A stretch of DNA of 64,000 nt from Chitinophagales bacterium (lineage in GTDB: Bacteria > Bacteroidota > Bacteroidia > Chitinophagales > Chitinophagaceae): positions 14,619 through 78,618 of the forward strand of contig JBBRCW010000001.1 in the NCBI GenBank assembly GCA_038204535.1, given 5' to 3'. Each line of letters begins with the position of its first letter. Position 1 is the first letter of the stretch. The translations under genes were made by a program, and so were the position numbers. The notes beneath the pieces are model-generated. The model was not told where the DNA came from. It searched no databases and was given only the letters and a program-made list of their open reading frames with translations. Shown in pieces: positions 12,501 to 21,500 of this stretch.

Positions 12501-15500
12501 TGCTGATTGATGGCTGGTCGATGCCAGTATTGTTCCAGGAGTTTCTGAAAGCCTACGACCAATTATCTGCCGGGCAGCAACTACCGGCACAACCAATAGA
12601 CCATTACGAAGACTACATCCGGTACATAGAAGGCATCAATAAGGACGAAGAAGAAAGCTACTGGAAAAACTACCTTAAGGGTGTTGACGGCCCAACCTTG
12701 CTGCCCTTTATCAGCGCCCTTGCCGGCCGCAATAAGGCGGGGGGCATTTTTGAAACTATACAATGGAATGCTGATGAAGCCCTTCAAACGGCTGTCCATC
12801 ATTTTGCCCAAAAGAACCGGATAACGGTCAATACGATTATGCAGGGCATATGGGCGTACCTGCTGAGCCAATATACAGGAAAACCAAACGTGGTTTTTGG
12901 TATCATTGTATCTGGCCGTCCAAACGATTTGCCGGAGGTAGAACAACGGGCAGGCCTGTACATCAACACCTTGCCGCTTGCTGCGCATATTGAAAATGCC
13001 GATACAATAGCCGATTGGCTGCAACGCATGCAGCAGGAACAAATTAACAGCCTGGCTTATCAATACACACCGCTGGCAAACCTGCAGGCCTGGGCTAAAA
13101 TACCAGGCGATTTTTTCGACAGCATATTAATTTTCGAAAACTACCCGGTCAGCAAATTATTGACCGATACGCATTGGGGATTAAAGGTGACGGATGCCCG
13201 GATGAACGAGCAAACCAACTATCCTTTGACAATCGCCATTCACGATAGCGGGCAGTTGCAGTTCAGTTTTAGCTATAACACCCAATTGTTAGCGGAACAA
13301 TATGTACACAACATACAAGCTCATTTTAAGCGGGTATTGGCACAGGTGGTGCAAAATGAAGCTACCGCTATCGCCGATCTGCAACTGCTGAGCAAAACCG
13401 AAGAAGAAAAGTTATTGGGATCATACAACCCAACTTCTGCTTATTATCCCAATGACAAAACCATTACCGCTTTATTTGAAGAGCAGGCAGCCAGGACACC
13501 TGAAAACGTAGCGGTAGTTTTCGAGGGTAAGCATTATACGTATGAACAAATAAATAAAAGGGCAAACCAGGTGGCGCACTGCCTTAAAAACAAGGGAGTT
13601 ACTGCTGAAACATTGGTGCCCATTTGCCTGGAAAGAAGTGTGGAGATGATAGTGGGACTGCTGGGTATAATGAAAGCAGGCGGCGCTTATGTTCCTATTG
13701 ATCTGGATTATCCGCTTGACCGCATACGTTTTATTTTGAAGGATACAGCGGCAACGCTTCTTGTAACGAGCGGAGAAGTCGCTGATCGCTTGCATAGTGA
13801 GGTTTCGATAGAGGTCATAAAGATTGACAGCGATCAGCCGCACATCTATAACGAGCCCGAAACCAACCTGCCCGCCATAGCCGGTGGAAATAACCTGGCG
13901 TATATTATTTACACCAGCGGATCCACAGGCATACCCAAGGGCGTAATGATTGAGCATAGTTGCGTGGTCAATTTAGCCATGAGCCAGATCAGGGAATTTG
14001 GTATAGACGAAAGCGAGAAAATACTACAGTTTTCCAGCTATGCATTCGATGCTTCGGTAGAGCAAATAATCATCGCCTTATTTACCGGTGCGGCTTTAAT
14101 ATTGGTTGATAAAGAAACACTAACGGATACCGGCAGGCTGATTGCGCTGATTGAGCGGGAAAAGGTAACACATGTGCATGCCACCCCCAGCTTTCTTGAA
14201 ACAGTAACGCCAGCAAAATATGGCCATTTAAAAAGAGTGATTGCCGGTGGCGAACAATGCCCGCTTGTATTGGCGCAGTCGTGGGGCAAGCTGGTGACCT
14301 TTTATAACGAGTATGGCCCTACCGAAACATCGGTAACCAACATTGAACACAAATATTCACCCGATAATGATTTAGATACACTTGCTATTGGAAGGCCGAT
14401 AAGCAACACTCCCGTCTATATCGTAAATACCGATGGGCAACTGGCACCCGAAGGGGTTGTGGGCGAAATATGGATTGGCGGATCAGGCGTAGCACGTGGA
14501 TATTTGAACCGTGCGGAACTTACAGAAGAAAAATTTATTGCAAACCCATTTGATAAACAAGAGAACGCCAGGGTTTATAAAACCGGTGATTATGGCCGAT
14601 GGTCAGCCAATGGCTATCTTGAATATTATGGCAGAATAGACGAACAGGTTAAGATCAGGGGATACCGGATTGAACCAGGCGAAATTGAAAAAGTATTGCA
14701 GCAGAGCGGGCTGGTAAAACAGGCGGTGGTGGTGGTAAGCGAAAGCAGCACCGGCAACAAGCAATTGGTTGCCTATGTAGTAGCTGGTGAAAAAGCGTTC
14801 GAACAAAAACTTGCTCAGGATTATCTGTTCGGCAGGTTACCTGCTTACATGGTACCCCAGGTTTGGATCGAAATAGAAAAGATACCGCTATCAGCAAATG
14901 GTAAAGTAGATAAAAGCGCTTTGCCATCAGCCGACGATTTAATGGCAGACAGTAACTTGAAAGTACTTCCCCGCAATGCAACCGAAGCAACGCTGGCAAC
15001 CATCTGGCAAAACATATTAGGCACAGATCAGCCATCTGTATTAAGTAATTTCTTTGAGCTGGGAGGCCATTCTTTGCTGGCCATGCGTTTATTGTCTGCT
15101 ATACGCAGGCAGTTCAATGCTGAACTGGGAATAAAAGAAATATTTACGCATCCAACCATCGCGCAAATGGCGGAGCTGCTAAAAACTGTATCGGCAGGTT
15201 CCGATGTAACTCCAATTGTTCAAGTTGATCCAAAACCAGAAAATATTCCCTTATCGTTTGGCCAGGAACGCTTGTGGTTTATCGACAAACTTGAAGGAAC
15301 CACCCAATACCACATCCCTGTCTTGCTGCGCTTAAAAGGAACCCTTGACAGAACATTACTGCAGAAGGCTTTTGAAAAGATAATCGAAAGGCACCATGTG
15401 CTCAGGACCGTACTTGCGGAAAACGCCGGTTCTCCATTCCAGGTGGTAAAAGAAGCGACTGATTTTGATTTGCAGTTTGCCGATGGCGCGGGCTACAGTA

Positions 15501-18388
15501 CCGAAGAAACCAATAAGACTATTCTTGAAGCGGTAAATGCTCCCTTTAATTTGTATGCCGACCAAATGCTTAGGGCAGGGATCATCCAGGCCAATGAAAA
15601 CGAAAACCTGCTTTGGGTGGTGGTGCATCATATAGCCGCCGATGGCTGGTCGATGCCGATATTAATAAAAGAGGTCGTAACGTTTTATAATGCATTTATA
15701 AACGGACAAACTTTCGAACTTTCGCCCTTGCCTGTTCAATATGCAGATTATGCTATTTGGCAGCGAAACTATTTCGATACTCCGGCACTTCATAGAAAAC
15801 TGGCTTACTGGAAACAACAGCTTGAAGATGTGACTGCGCTTGACCTGCCGGCAGATCATAGCCGCCCGGCGATGTTGTCGGGTAAGGGAGACACTTACAC
15901 ATTTACTGTAGAGCAACCAATGGTTGATGCTTTAAATAAAATCAGCCTGCAGCACAATAGCACGTTGTATATGTTGTTATTATCCGCGTTTAAGGTGTTG
16001 TTATTCCGCTATACGGGCCAGGGAGATATTTGCATTGGCGGTACCGTAGCCAACCGCACTCAGCCCGAACTTGAAAATCTTGCAGGCTTCTTTGTAAATA
16101 CAATTGCTTTACGCGATCAGCTTACAGCAGACATGCTGTTTTCAGGCTTATTGCAGCAAGTGAAAAACACTTTACTACAGGCCTACGATAACCAGGAGGT
16201 ACCTTTTGAAAAAGTTGTGGAAGAAACAGTGAGTGTGCGAGACATGAGCCGCAGTCCGTTGTTCCAGGTTATGTTTGCTTTACAAAATGAAGAAAGAACA
16301 GCGGCGCCCCTGTTAGAAAATCTGGAAATCTCAGCGGAAAATATCCCACAAAATACCGCTAAGTTCGAGTTAACCTTCAACCTTGCCGAAACAGGGAACG
16401 GAATGTACGGTACTATTGAGTATAGTACCGATCTGTACCTAAGAGAAAGAATGGAAGCGATGACCGGGCATTTTCTCCAGATTTTGCAATCGGTAGTTTT
16501 AGATCCCGGTCAGTCTATATCAGATTTAACCATCTTAACTAAAGACGAAGAACAGCAAATCCTTACTCAGTTTAACGAAACCCATGACGCTTTTACCGGC
16601 CCTTCAACCTTTATAGAATTTTTCGACAGGCAGCTGCTGGCAAGGCCCAATGATGTTGCCCTGGTTTTTGGAGAGGATAAAATAACTTATGGCGAACTGA
16701 ATAAAAGATCGGCCCTGCTGGCTGATTATCTTACTTCAAGGGGTGTTGCCAAAGAAACGCTGGTGCCGGTTTGTTTGTATAGAAGTGCGGACCTGGTGGT
16801 GGCAATGGTTGCTATTTTAAAAGCGGGCGGCGCTTATGTGCCCATCGATCCCCATTACCCTGCCGAAAGAATTGAATACATGTTGCGCGACACCGGAGCA
16901 ATGCTTGTTATATCAAATAAAAAGGCCGCCGGCGAATTGCCCCGCAATATTGACCTGGAGAAAATATTGATGGATGAAGTGGATTTAAACATTGTCACTT
17001 TGCCTGGCAATCAGACGGTATCCATATCTCCCAATCAGTTGGCTTATGTCATTTATACCTCTGGATCTACCGGCAGGCCAAAAGGCGTAATGATAGAACA
17101 TGCCTCGCTGGCAAATCTTATCCATTGGCATATTAAAGAGTACTGGTTAACCCCTCAAACCATCAGCACTGCTATGGCCGGTGTAGCCTTTGATGCGTTC
17201 GGCTGGGAAATTTTCCCATATCTCGCCGCAGGCGCAACCATTCATATATTAGATGATGATGGGGGGCTTTTGCCTGAAAAGCTGGTTAAAATATTTAATG
17301 CTGAAGGTATTACGCATAGTTTTATTTCTACCGCGCTGGTACCCGAATTTGTTGAACGGTCAAAAGGCAATTTGGCTGCCCTGCAAATGTTATTAACGGG
17401 CGGAGATAAATTGCCACCGGTTGATATTTCGGGTCTGCACTACCGGTTGATCAACAACTATGGCCCCACCGAAAATACTGTAGTGGCAACCCGTTTTGTT
17501 TTGCAGGCATCAAATTATCAGCAAACGCCCCTCATCGGATCACCCATTAGTAACACCAGTTTATTTATTCTGGATGAGAATGACCATTTACTCCCAATCG
17601 GTGTGCCCGGTCAATTATGTATAAGCGGGGCACAGGTAGCGAGGGGTTACCTTCACAATGCAACTTTAACCAGTCAAAAGTTCATCAATAACCCATATAG
17701 GAGCAGCCTGGGCGATGTTTTGTATAAAACAGGCGACAAATGCAGGTGGACAAAAGATGGAAATATTGAATTTTTGGGCAGGCTCGACGACCAGGTTAAA
17801 ATAAGAGGTTACCGGATTGAATTGGGCGAAATTGAAAGTTGTGTGTTACAATCTGGTCTGGTTCAGCAAACACTCGTTTTGGTAAACGACAACGGAAAAA
17901 ATGAAAAACGGCTGGTGGCATATATCGTAGCCGAAAAAGAAGTTGATACGCAATTGCTGATTGGCTATCTTCAAAAATTTCTTCCCGATTATATGATACC
18001 AAGGCTTTGGGTGCCTTTAGAGGCTTTTCCCTTAAATAGCAATGGAAAAATAGATAGAAAAGCCTTGCCCGATGTTGAAAAGGCAGGCACGTCTGAAACG
18101 CCGTTTGTTGCGCCTGAATCTAAAACAGAAATTCAGCTTGCTGACCTTTGGCAGGAATTATTGAAGGTGGAAAAGATTGGCATAAACGATAACTATTTTG
18201 AGGCAGGGGGCCATTCGCTGCTCGCTATGCGGTTGATTGCCGACATTCAGAAAACGTTTGGAATGGAGATAGCGGTAAAAGAGATTTTCGAATTTACCAC
18301 TATCAGAGAGCTTGCGAGGTTCCTTGAAGTAAAAATGGCTGCTCAAAAAACGGATACCATCAATGAATTTGATGAGATAGTGATATAA
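584..18388 (+). CDS. NRPS subunit 1 (5934 aa): T0-[C-A1-T]-[C-A2(Asn)-T]-[C-A3(Ala)-T-E]-[C(DCL)-A4-T]-[C-A5(Leu)-T]
   Basis: N-terminal carrier FFKVGGNS (Ser codon 785-787). Five HHxxxDG C domains, five A domains (YTSGSTG, YGPTE, YRTGD/YKTGD, NGK/SGK.D). T motifs GGHS/GGDS. One E domain (HHLAVDGVSW, EGQGRE). Manual codes: A1 DAYVVAAVCK, A2 DATKVGEVGK, A3 DLFNNALTYK, A4 DAEHIGEVTK, A5 DAWFLGNVVK. Confidence 0.97.
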   Translation: MSESKKPAVRTGKDIFNLVRSKQNEGQVNVIPEPAGEVQIALMTIWKGILPGAGFTTSDDFFKVGGNSIKAVQLASQASRHFNISVELTDIFLNPTITGQEIFISEKNHQSTIVAAISVQSRNGNIPLSYNQQWLWFADKFEDSVEYHLAEVLQLKGKINYEALHFAFNRLITRHEVLRTIYTEYEGVPFQKVMGPDEFKIDQENGFLYQADEERLNEFIDGEIGKPFDLSKDYPIRALLIAKGNFEHLLVINMHHIASDGWSMSIIVKEAIENYNGFISGKLDNKEPLKIQYADYAIWQRDFLQTKSLKDKLEFWTKKLEGVTAIDLPADFSRPAVKTKKGAVKHFLIDNDLTDQVRKLGNQEGSTLFMTLMAAFNVLLHKYSGQNDLCVGTPMANRLQNQTENLVGFFTNTIAFRSRVDPRQSFSAFLTSIKQTALQAYSHQEVPFEKVVEAVVKDRDISRSPLFDVVFILQNTPDIEEIKLIDAEVKHTTHHSYQVKYDLTFTVTEMPDGLDFLVEYRSDLYTSGRIDKMMDHFIHLLKCIVNAPQELISKYKIVTPAEEDQILHEFNSPSAFTPQNVVEVFEQQVENAPGNIALTFNNLSYSYAELNQKANRLARFLRAKGVTTETLVPICLERSTEIIVAILGILKAGAAYVPIDPAYPVDRIQYMLDDIKATVVLVSLETVDAIPHLPAIDVLDISSSHSEIDEFSPENPKVDIKPDNLAYIIYTSGSTGKPKGVMLEHKGVVNLAKSQADNLRLKPGLKTLQFASYGFDASCYEIFNTLLSGGQLVIPKKEDLLSASQFESFINLHKVDVAVLPPSFLQVMKNNIGTISTIVSAGEPINPDTCKFLQSRDIRMINAYGPTENTVCTTLTDNPVLENDIITIGKPIANVQVRIVDKNNDLCSIGINGEMCIAGAQVARGYFNRPDLSKEKFVKDWFNKDEDQLMYRTGDIGRWLPDGSIEFIGRMDDQVKIRGYRIELGEIENVLQQCEGVELCTVIAGEDKLGDLQLVTYIESDGVLTRQQVTEYLQTSLPEFMVPGIIVFLPKMPLTISGKIDKKSLPDPSSVELTDTEFQAPQNPLQQKLSEIWMELLEIDRLGINDNFFELGGHSMLAMRMGAAIRRQLNADLPVKAIFQHPTIASLSKIIEQFKELAPLPAIIPGDRPGRIPLSFSQARLWFIHQLHGTNPYHIPAVLRLNGKLNIDALNQALQSVVDRHHALRTIVLEDEGRPYQVIQSSKKWKLMLVNDPDLSDEGKLKDYIHQQVTRVFDLSKDYMLRARLVELNSEEHILILTVHHIAADGWSMPVIVKEIVALYQHFAYGAVASLPVLKVQYADYAIWQNQFLTGEVLENRLAYWTKVLEDVPPLQLPLDYKRPPVQSTNGAVTEMVFPVEVLNGLKLLGKQQYATLFMTLLSAFKVLLYRYSGQQDICVGTSVANRQHEETEGVVGFFVNNIALRSQVIGNESFVDLLSNVNTSVLDAFQYQDVPFEKVVDAVVHEREMSRNPIFQVLFVLQNTPEIPAITLPGLQMSPLDLEHTTAQLDMIFNVKESAEGLHLSVEYCTDLFAVETIQRMIANFGVLLHSVTKNPSSKIDQLELFTEVETNKLLSEFNNTNAALGIENTVVDLFNAQVSRVPNNIALIYADESITFSELNERSNQLAGYIVSKGILVGDIVPVCMHRGFDMLVAIWAILKAGAAYAPIDPEYPAERIQFIAGDTKAKLIICNEDSILNLDLLQAVEQVNLDRLQNTLSGFPTHFTTMAKPGQLAYIIYTSGSTGTPKGVAIQHCSLSNYLLNGSTNYVNRSSGGTGSFLSLSFTFDASITSLFMPSIAGKTLVLSANTGVKVFDDENFLAHAPFDFLKITPAHLELLKAVDDSYLTNWFTRKLVIGGEALLPGHIDHFIKEDINVQVINEYGPTEAAVGCSTYSFFTVTDKDMIKNSISIGKPIDNVKLSILGPSGTLMPIGAAGEICIAGQGLSSGYLNQPELTSEKFIADPFGKSAKSKIYKTGDYGRWLPDGNIEYIGRIDDQVKVRGYRVELSEIENVLLKSGLVKQAAVIVKQDKENNKRLAAYVVCDDTEELEQVKEYSIRVLPEHMLPSFWIAVNSMPLTISGKIDKKALPEPVDNSQPEKEIEDAPLSELNNKLADIWKDLLELDEIGINDNFFNLGGDSLLAVRVVAAIRKKLQAGLEINAIFDHPTIAGLSSVIEGDKNDFLLPPIVPADRPKNIPLSFSQERLWVIHQLEGSVQYHLNTVLSIDGEPELAALNDALHQIVSRHEILRTVYRQQDGKPYQVIMSAGDITLKSIDRSFNNISDAELNQLILEETSQPFDLATDYMIRASLVKINMARFVLIVTLHHIASDGWSNNIFIKEVTECYNSFKQKKKASLPALPIQYADFAIWQRANLQGDLMGQKIAFWKTYLQNVEPLQLPADYQRPAMQSFRGAVIPFSISSQIKEKLQNISKQHDATLFMTLLSAFYILLKEYSGQQDITVGTPVANRKQQEVESLIGFFVNTLVLRTRVDNDLSFTSLLLQVKGDTLKAFEHQDLPFEKVVDAVVSERDMSRNPLFQVMFVYQEDVRQNKHVLNDLSVAVVQPQQDTSKFDLSFFINESDGDLECFVEYCTDLYSHDTVVRMISHFTNLLQNIALKSDQRIGSLSLLSPNEQHQLLHEFQGRHMALKQESMVSLFEQQVALSLDKPAIVSGERSITYNELNALSNRIGRYLQSLGVKAGSFVPVNMERSIEMVVALLGVLKAGAAYVPIDKTYPLQRVAYMIKDCGASIALCNSSTSSQLIDISGITVVEIDNNAAIGLQKSDNTRQAISQNDLAYVMYTSGSTGQPKGVMIEHRSVSDFLQWCHQEFGQSDVETVYGGTSINFDLSVFEIFYSLTSGKTLRLLQNGLEAARYLPGDQKVLLNSVPSVIESLLKENTDLRNVTVLNMAGEPVSAFIQQHLDQENIEVRNLYGPTEDTTYSTVYRMRKGQPLLIGKPIANSYIRIVNPQLQLLPVGITGEICIGGAGLARGYLNRHDLTNEKFINDPFSSEADALLYKTGDVGRWLPDGNIEYLGRIDDQVKIRGYRIELGEIENVLQQNETISQAAAVAITDNNGSKRLAAYVVPGPGFNKEKLELWLAQRLPDYMVPHLWMQLERLPLNQNGKIDRKALPAIEPAESSPKRYTAPTTQTEIQLAAIWGELLGKEQVGVDDNFFGLGGDSILTIQAVSRANRLAYHLHPRDIFKHQTIRRLSKALADNHAKAITGEQGQLQGIAGLLPIQHNFLESDQPEPSHYNQSVLLNINKNVSKHMLRQVVRLLVQQHDALRFRYFKNDGIWQQEYGQAPGELFIEDLRSSGDVPAALDQIANQYQQSLNIEKGGLVRMVWIQMPGEVNSEERIVNNEERIMNSEERIVNNEERIMNSEERIVNSEERIVNNEERALVNEESSSLIPQPNSFSNRQLTTDNSPLTTHHSPLTTHNSLTAHQKNRLLIIIHHLAVDGVSWRLLLEDLEVLLTAAASGQQAILPTKTSSYRQWYQALEQYGQSSSLLKQKEYWHQAASRQSLQITDTKYEGPILVKDLGNYKTSLDAGETSLLLQQVPKVYHTGINDLLLAALARAFQQLLKTNTLLIGLEGQGREDISAVIDTSHTVGWFTSLYPVLLNIENCINHDQLIKAVKEQLRAVPDKGLSYGVLKYINHDKALKGKEQYDLIFNYLGQLDNVTGNSKWFSVARENSGENRSGETEVFEKISLAAQVLEGQLELHWSYSTKHFNAQTIQNLAGVFVGHLAAIISHCQKQEEIAGAVYTPSDYGIEKEVSYPELDAFLQTGVNGQPISRQIESIYRLSGLQQGMLFHSLYHPGGAYIEQFTCSLPAEVNLEAFEKSWQAVIERHTILRSSFWFDALSIPVQAVMKQAVLQITQIDLRQKSIEEQAAAIFTFESEDRTRGFDFKQAPLMRLVLLHTTNGYRLVWTYHHLLIDGWSMPVLFQEFLKAYDQLSAGQQLPAQPIDHYEDYIRYIEGINKDEEESYWKNYLKGVDGPTLLPFISALAGRNKAGGIFETIQWNADEALQTAVHHFAQKNRITVNTIMQGIWAYLLSQYTGKPNVVFGIIVSGRPNDLPEVEQRAGLYINTLPLAAHIENADTIADWLQRMQQEQINSLAYQYTPLANLQAWAKIPGDFFDSILIFENYPVSKLLTDTHWGLKVTDARMNEQTNYPLTIAIHDSGQLQFSFSYNTQLLAEQYVHNIQAHFKRVLAQVVQNEATAIADLQLLSKTEEEKLLGSYNPTSAYYPNDKTITALFEEQAARTPENVAVVFEGKHYTYEQINKRANQVAHCLKNKGVTAETLVPICLERSVEMIVGLLGIMKAGGAYVPIDLDYPLDRIRFILKDTAATLLVTSGEVADRLHSEVSIEVIKIDSDQPHIYNEPETNLPAIAGGNNLAYIIYTSGSTGIPKGVMIEHSCVVNLAMSQIREFGIDESEKILQFSSYAFDASVEQIIIALFTGAALILVDKETLTDTGRLIALIEREKVTHVHATPSFLETVTPAKYGHLKRVIAGGEQCPLVLAQSWGKLVTFYNEYGPTETSVTNIEHKYSPDNDLDTLAIGRPISNTPVYIVNTDGQLAPEGVVGEIWIGGSGVARGYLNRAELTEEKFIANPFDKQENARVYKTGDYGRWSANGYLEYYGRIDEQVKIRGYRIEPGEIEKVLQQSGLVKQAVVVVSESSTGNKQLVAYVVAGEKAFEQKLAQDYLFGRLPAYMVPQVWIEIEKIPLSANGKVDKSALPSADDLMADSNLKVLPRNATEATLATIWQNILGTDQPSVLSNFFELGGHSLLAMRLLSAIRRQFNAELGIKEIFTHPTIAQMAELLKTVSAGSDVTPIVQVDPKPENIPLSFGQERLWFIDKLEGTTQYHIPVLLRLKGTLDRTLLQKAFEKIIERHHVLRTVLAENAGSPFQVVKEATDFDLQFADGAGYSTEETNKTILEAVNAPFNLYADQMLRAGIIQANENENLLWVVVHHIAADGWSMPILIKEVVTFYNAFINGQTFELSPLPVQYADYAIWQRNYFDTPALHRKLAYWKQQLEDVTALDLPADHSRPAMLSGKGDTYTFTVEQPMVDALNKISLQHNSTLYMLLLSAFKVLLFRYTGQGDICIGGTVANRTQPELENLAGFFVNTIALRDQLTADMLFSGLLQQVKNTLLQAYDNQEVPFEKVVEETVSVRDMSRSPLFQVMFALQNEERTAAPLLENLEISAENIPQNTAKFELTFNLAETGNGMYGTIEYSTDLYLRERMEAMTGHFLQILQSVVLDPGQSISDLTILTKDEEQQILTQFNETHDAFTGPSTFIEFFDRQLLARPNDVALVFGEDKITYGELNKRSALLADYLTSRGVAKETLVPVCLYRSADLVVAMVAILKAGGAYVPIDPHYPAERIEYMLRDTGAMLVISNKKAAGELPRNIDLEKILMDEVDLNIVTLPGNQTVSISPNQLAYVIYTSGSTGRPKGVMIEHASLANLIHWHIKEYWLTPQTISTAMAGVAFDAFGWEIFPYLAAGATIHILDDDGGLLPEKLVKIFNAEGITHSFISTALVPEFVERSKGNLAALQMLLTGGDKLPPVDISGLHYRLINNYGPTENTVVATRFVLQASNYQQTPLIGSPISNTSLFILDENDHLLPIGVPGQLCISGAQVARGYLHNATLTSQKFINNPYRSSLGDVLYKTGDKCRWTKDGNIEFLGRLDDQVKIRGYRIELGEIESCVLQSGLVQQTLVLVNDNGKNEKRLVAYIVAEKEVDTQLLIGYLQKFLPDYMIPRLWVPLEAFPLNSNGKIDRKALPDVEKAGTSETPFVAPESKTEIQLADLWQELLKVEKIGINDNYFEAGGHSLLAMRLIADIQKTFGMEIAVKEIFEFTTIRELARFLEVKMAAQKTDTINEFDEIVI
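10751..11035 (+). repeat. In-frame bipartite tandem-repeat insertion in E domain 1 (about 95 aa)
   Basis: Seven copies of a 21-nt unit (gtgaatagtgaagaacgaata-type, encoding (V/M)N(S/N)EERI), a spacer, then 7-nt repeats actcacc/actcaca/actgaca (LTTHHSP-type). Confidence 0.95.
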
Positions 18389-18515
18389 TGAGGTGCGCCT
18401 TTTTGTAAAGTTGACATTGATTGAAATTTGGAAAGGAAATAATGTAATGTGCGTTTGACAGGGATTTTAAATGATTTTCGGCAAAAATTATATTTTATAG
18501 AAAAACGAAACAATT

Positions 18516-21500
18516 TTGAAGAAAGCGATCGACATATTGTATTTAGCAAGGCAGGCCGGTGTTGAAATATTACTCAATGGCAACGATCTGAATGTGCGCA
18601 TTCCGAAAAACAAAACGATTGATAAGGATATTATTGCTGGTATCAGGGCCAATAAAGAGGCCATCATCAATGTGTTAAGAAACAACGTTTTGGGCAGCGG
18701 TGCCGAAGAAGACAAAATACAGCCATATGATAAAGCTGCTATTCCCTTTGTTCCGCTGTCTTTTAGCCAGGAGAGGTTGTGGTTTATCCATCAAATGGAG
18801 GGCAGCCTGCAGTACCACCTTACAAAACAATTAATATTAAAGGGAAAGGTTGACGCTGATGCCTTGAACCATGCACTGAAAAATGTGCTGGAGAGGCATG
18901 CGATTTTACGCACAGTTTTGCGCGAAAATAGCGGCAAACCTTATCAGCATGTGCTCGATTCCGCCGACTGGAAAATGGATGTGATTGATCTTTTCGCCGA
19001 AAACAACCCCGAATTTGTAAAGAAAGCTGTCGCCGCCCGGTCAAATCTGCCTTTCGATCTAAGCAACGATTATTTGATGCGGGCCTCATTGTTCAGGCTG
19101 AATGAAACAGAACACCTGCTTACATTAACAATGCACCACATTGCCGCCGACGGATGGTCTTTTCCAATAGTTGTAAGAGAGATCATTGAATTGTACCAGC
19201 GCTATCTAACAGGCAATTTGGAGCCCTTAGGTGCTTTGCCGATTCAGTTTGCCGATTATTCCATTTGGGAACGCAGGCAATTGACCAAAGAAGTGCTTGA
19301 TAAAAAACTGGAATACTGGAAAGAAAAATTGAAAAGCATAACACCTTTACAAATACACACTGATTTTGTAAGGTCTTTGGTAAGAAATGCAAAAGGAGCA
19401 TCGGTCAGTGGATCCATAGATAACGACCTGTTAAAACAATTGGTTAAGCTGGCCAATCAGCATGGCTGCACTTTGTACATGCTGATGCTTTCAGTTTTTA
19501 AAGTGCTTTTATATAGACTGAGCAACCAGCAAGATATATGTGTTGGTGCGTCTATTGCTAACCGCAGCCGTGACGAGATCAAAGATCTGGTCGGCTTTTT
19601 TGTAAATACGCTTTCATTCAGAAGCGAGGTTAATGGAACAATGCCGTTTACTGAATTACTTCAGCAGGTAAAGAAAACAACCCTGGAGGCATTTCAGCAC
19701 CAGGATGTTCCGTTTGAAAAAGTAGTGGAGGCGGTTCTTAAAGAAAGAGATACATCGCGTACACCTGTTTTTCAGGTGATGCTGGTGCTGAACAATACAC
19801 CTGCTACTCCGAATATTAATCTGGGCGGGCTCCAAATAGTTGCCGCCGAAGAAGAAGTACCGCTTTCAAAATTCGATTTTACTTTCTTTTTGGCGGAGAC
19901 CGCCAATGGCCTGAATATAAATGCGGTGTATAGCACTGATTTGTTCAGGCACGATACTGTTGTGTCAATGCTTGATCGGTATGTTACGCTCCTGCGATCC
20001 GTGGTAAATGAGCCGGGCTCGCGGGTTGGGCTGTTACGAATGATGACGCCTGCCGAAGAGAAAACTATCGTACAGCGTCTCAAGGCTCCTGCATTTACGA
20101 TGCCTTTAAATAAAAGCGTTGTCAATTTATTTGAAGAACAGGTAGTAAGGTCCCCCGACAGGCTGGCGGTAGTATTTGAAGATGAAGAATGCTCGTTTGC
20201 CGAAATGAATGCCAGGGCAAATAAACTGGCCGGGTTTTTAAATCAGCGGGTGATGCATCCCCAATCGCTTATTCCGGTATTTTTAGATCGGTCGGTCGAT
20301 ATGGTAATAAGCATTTTGGCCATACTAAAGGCAGGTCATGCATATGTGCCTATAGAAGTTGATCTTCCTGAAGGCAGGATTGACTTTTTACTTAAAGACC
20401 TTGATGCGCATTTCATAGTCAGCAACACTATGAATGCCGCCAAACTAAGTGGCCGAAAAGATATTGAAATAATCAGATCGGATGATAATGCCATCGATGC
20501 GCTATCAGCCGATAATTTGCAATTGGAAGTTACCGCCGGCCACCTGGCGTATGTAATTTATACCTCTGGCTCTACGGGCAAACCCAAAGGTGTAATGATC
20601 GAACATGGCAGCATTGTGGATTATGTATGGGGACTGAATGCAGCCATCAGGATAGACGAATGCAAGTCTTACGCGCTGGTTTCGTCGTTTGCTACAGACC
20701 TTGGCAACACCGTTGTGTTCAGCTCATTACTTTTAGGAGGAACCCTTCACATCCTGTCTAAGGAAAGTGTTGCAAGCAGCCATTACCTCTCCGGTTATTT
20801 TTCCAAACACCAGATTGACTGCCTTAAAATAGTCCCTTCGCATTGGAAAGCTTTGAGCCAGGATGGTGAATTATTGCTGCCAAAAAAACGCTTGATTTTT
20901 GGAGGAGAGGCATTGTCAGGACGAATAATTGAAGACATCAGGGCAGCTGATCCTTCCTGTAATATTATCAATCATTACGGACCTACCGAAACAACCATTG
21001 GCAAATTATTGCATCGCGTAGATCTCAACCAAAATTACACCGATACCATTGCCATAGGTAAGCCATTTGGAAATACCCGCGTGCTGGTACTAAGCAGCCA
21101 AATGCAGGTTTGCCCGGCGGGTGTGCCCGGCCAGTTGTATATAGCAGGAAGTGGCGTGGCAAGAGGTTATTTGAACAACGAAGAACTTACCCGGCAAAAG
21201 TTTATACAATACATTTCCGGCGAACAATCAATCAGAATGTACGCAACCGGCGATTTGGTGAAAATGTTGCCCGACGGAAACATTTTGTTTTTAGGCAGGG
21301 TTGACGACCAGGTAAAAATAAGGGGCTACCGCGTAGAGCTCGGGGAGATAGAAAGCGTGCTCCGAAAAATGCCTGGCATTCATTTATGCGCGGTAACTGC
21401 GCCAGCCGATACGCTGGGTGTGCGAAATTTGATAGCATACATCCAGCCGGAAAAATCACTTACGCAGCAGCAGGTTTTGGAATACCTGCAGGCGCTTTTG

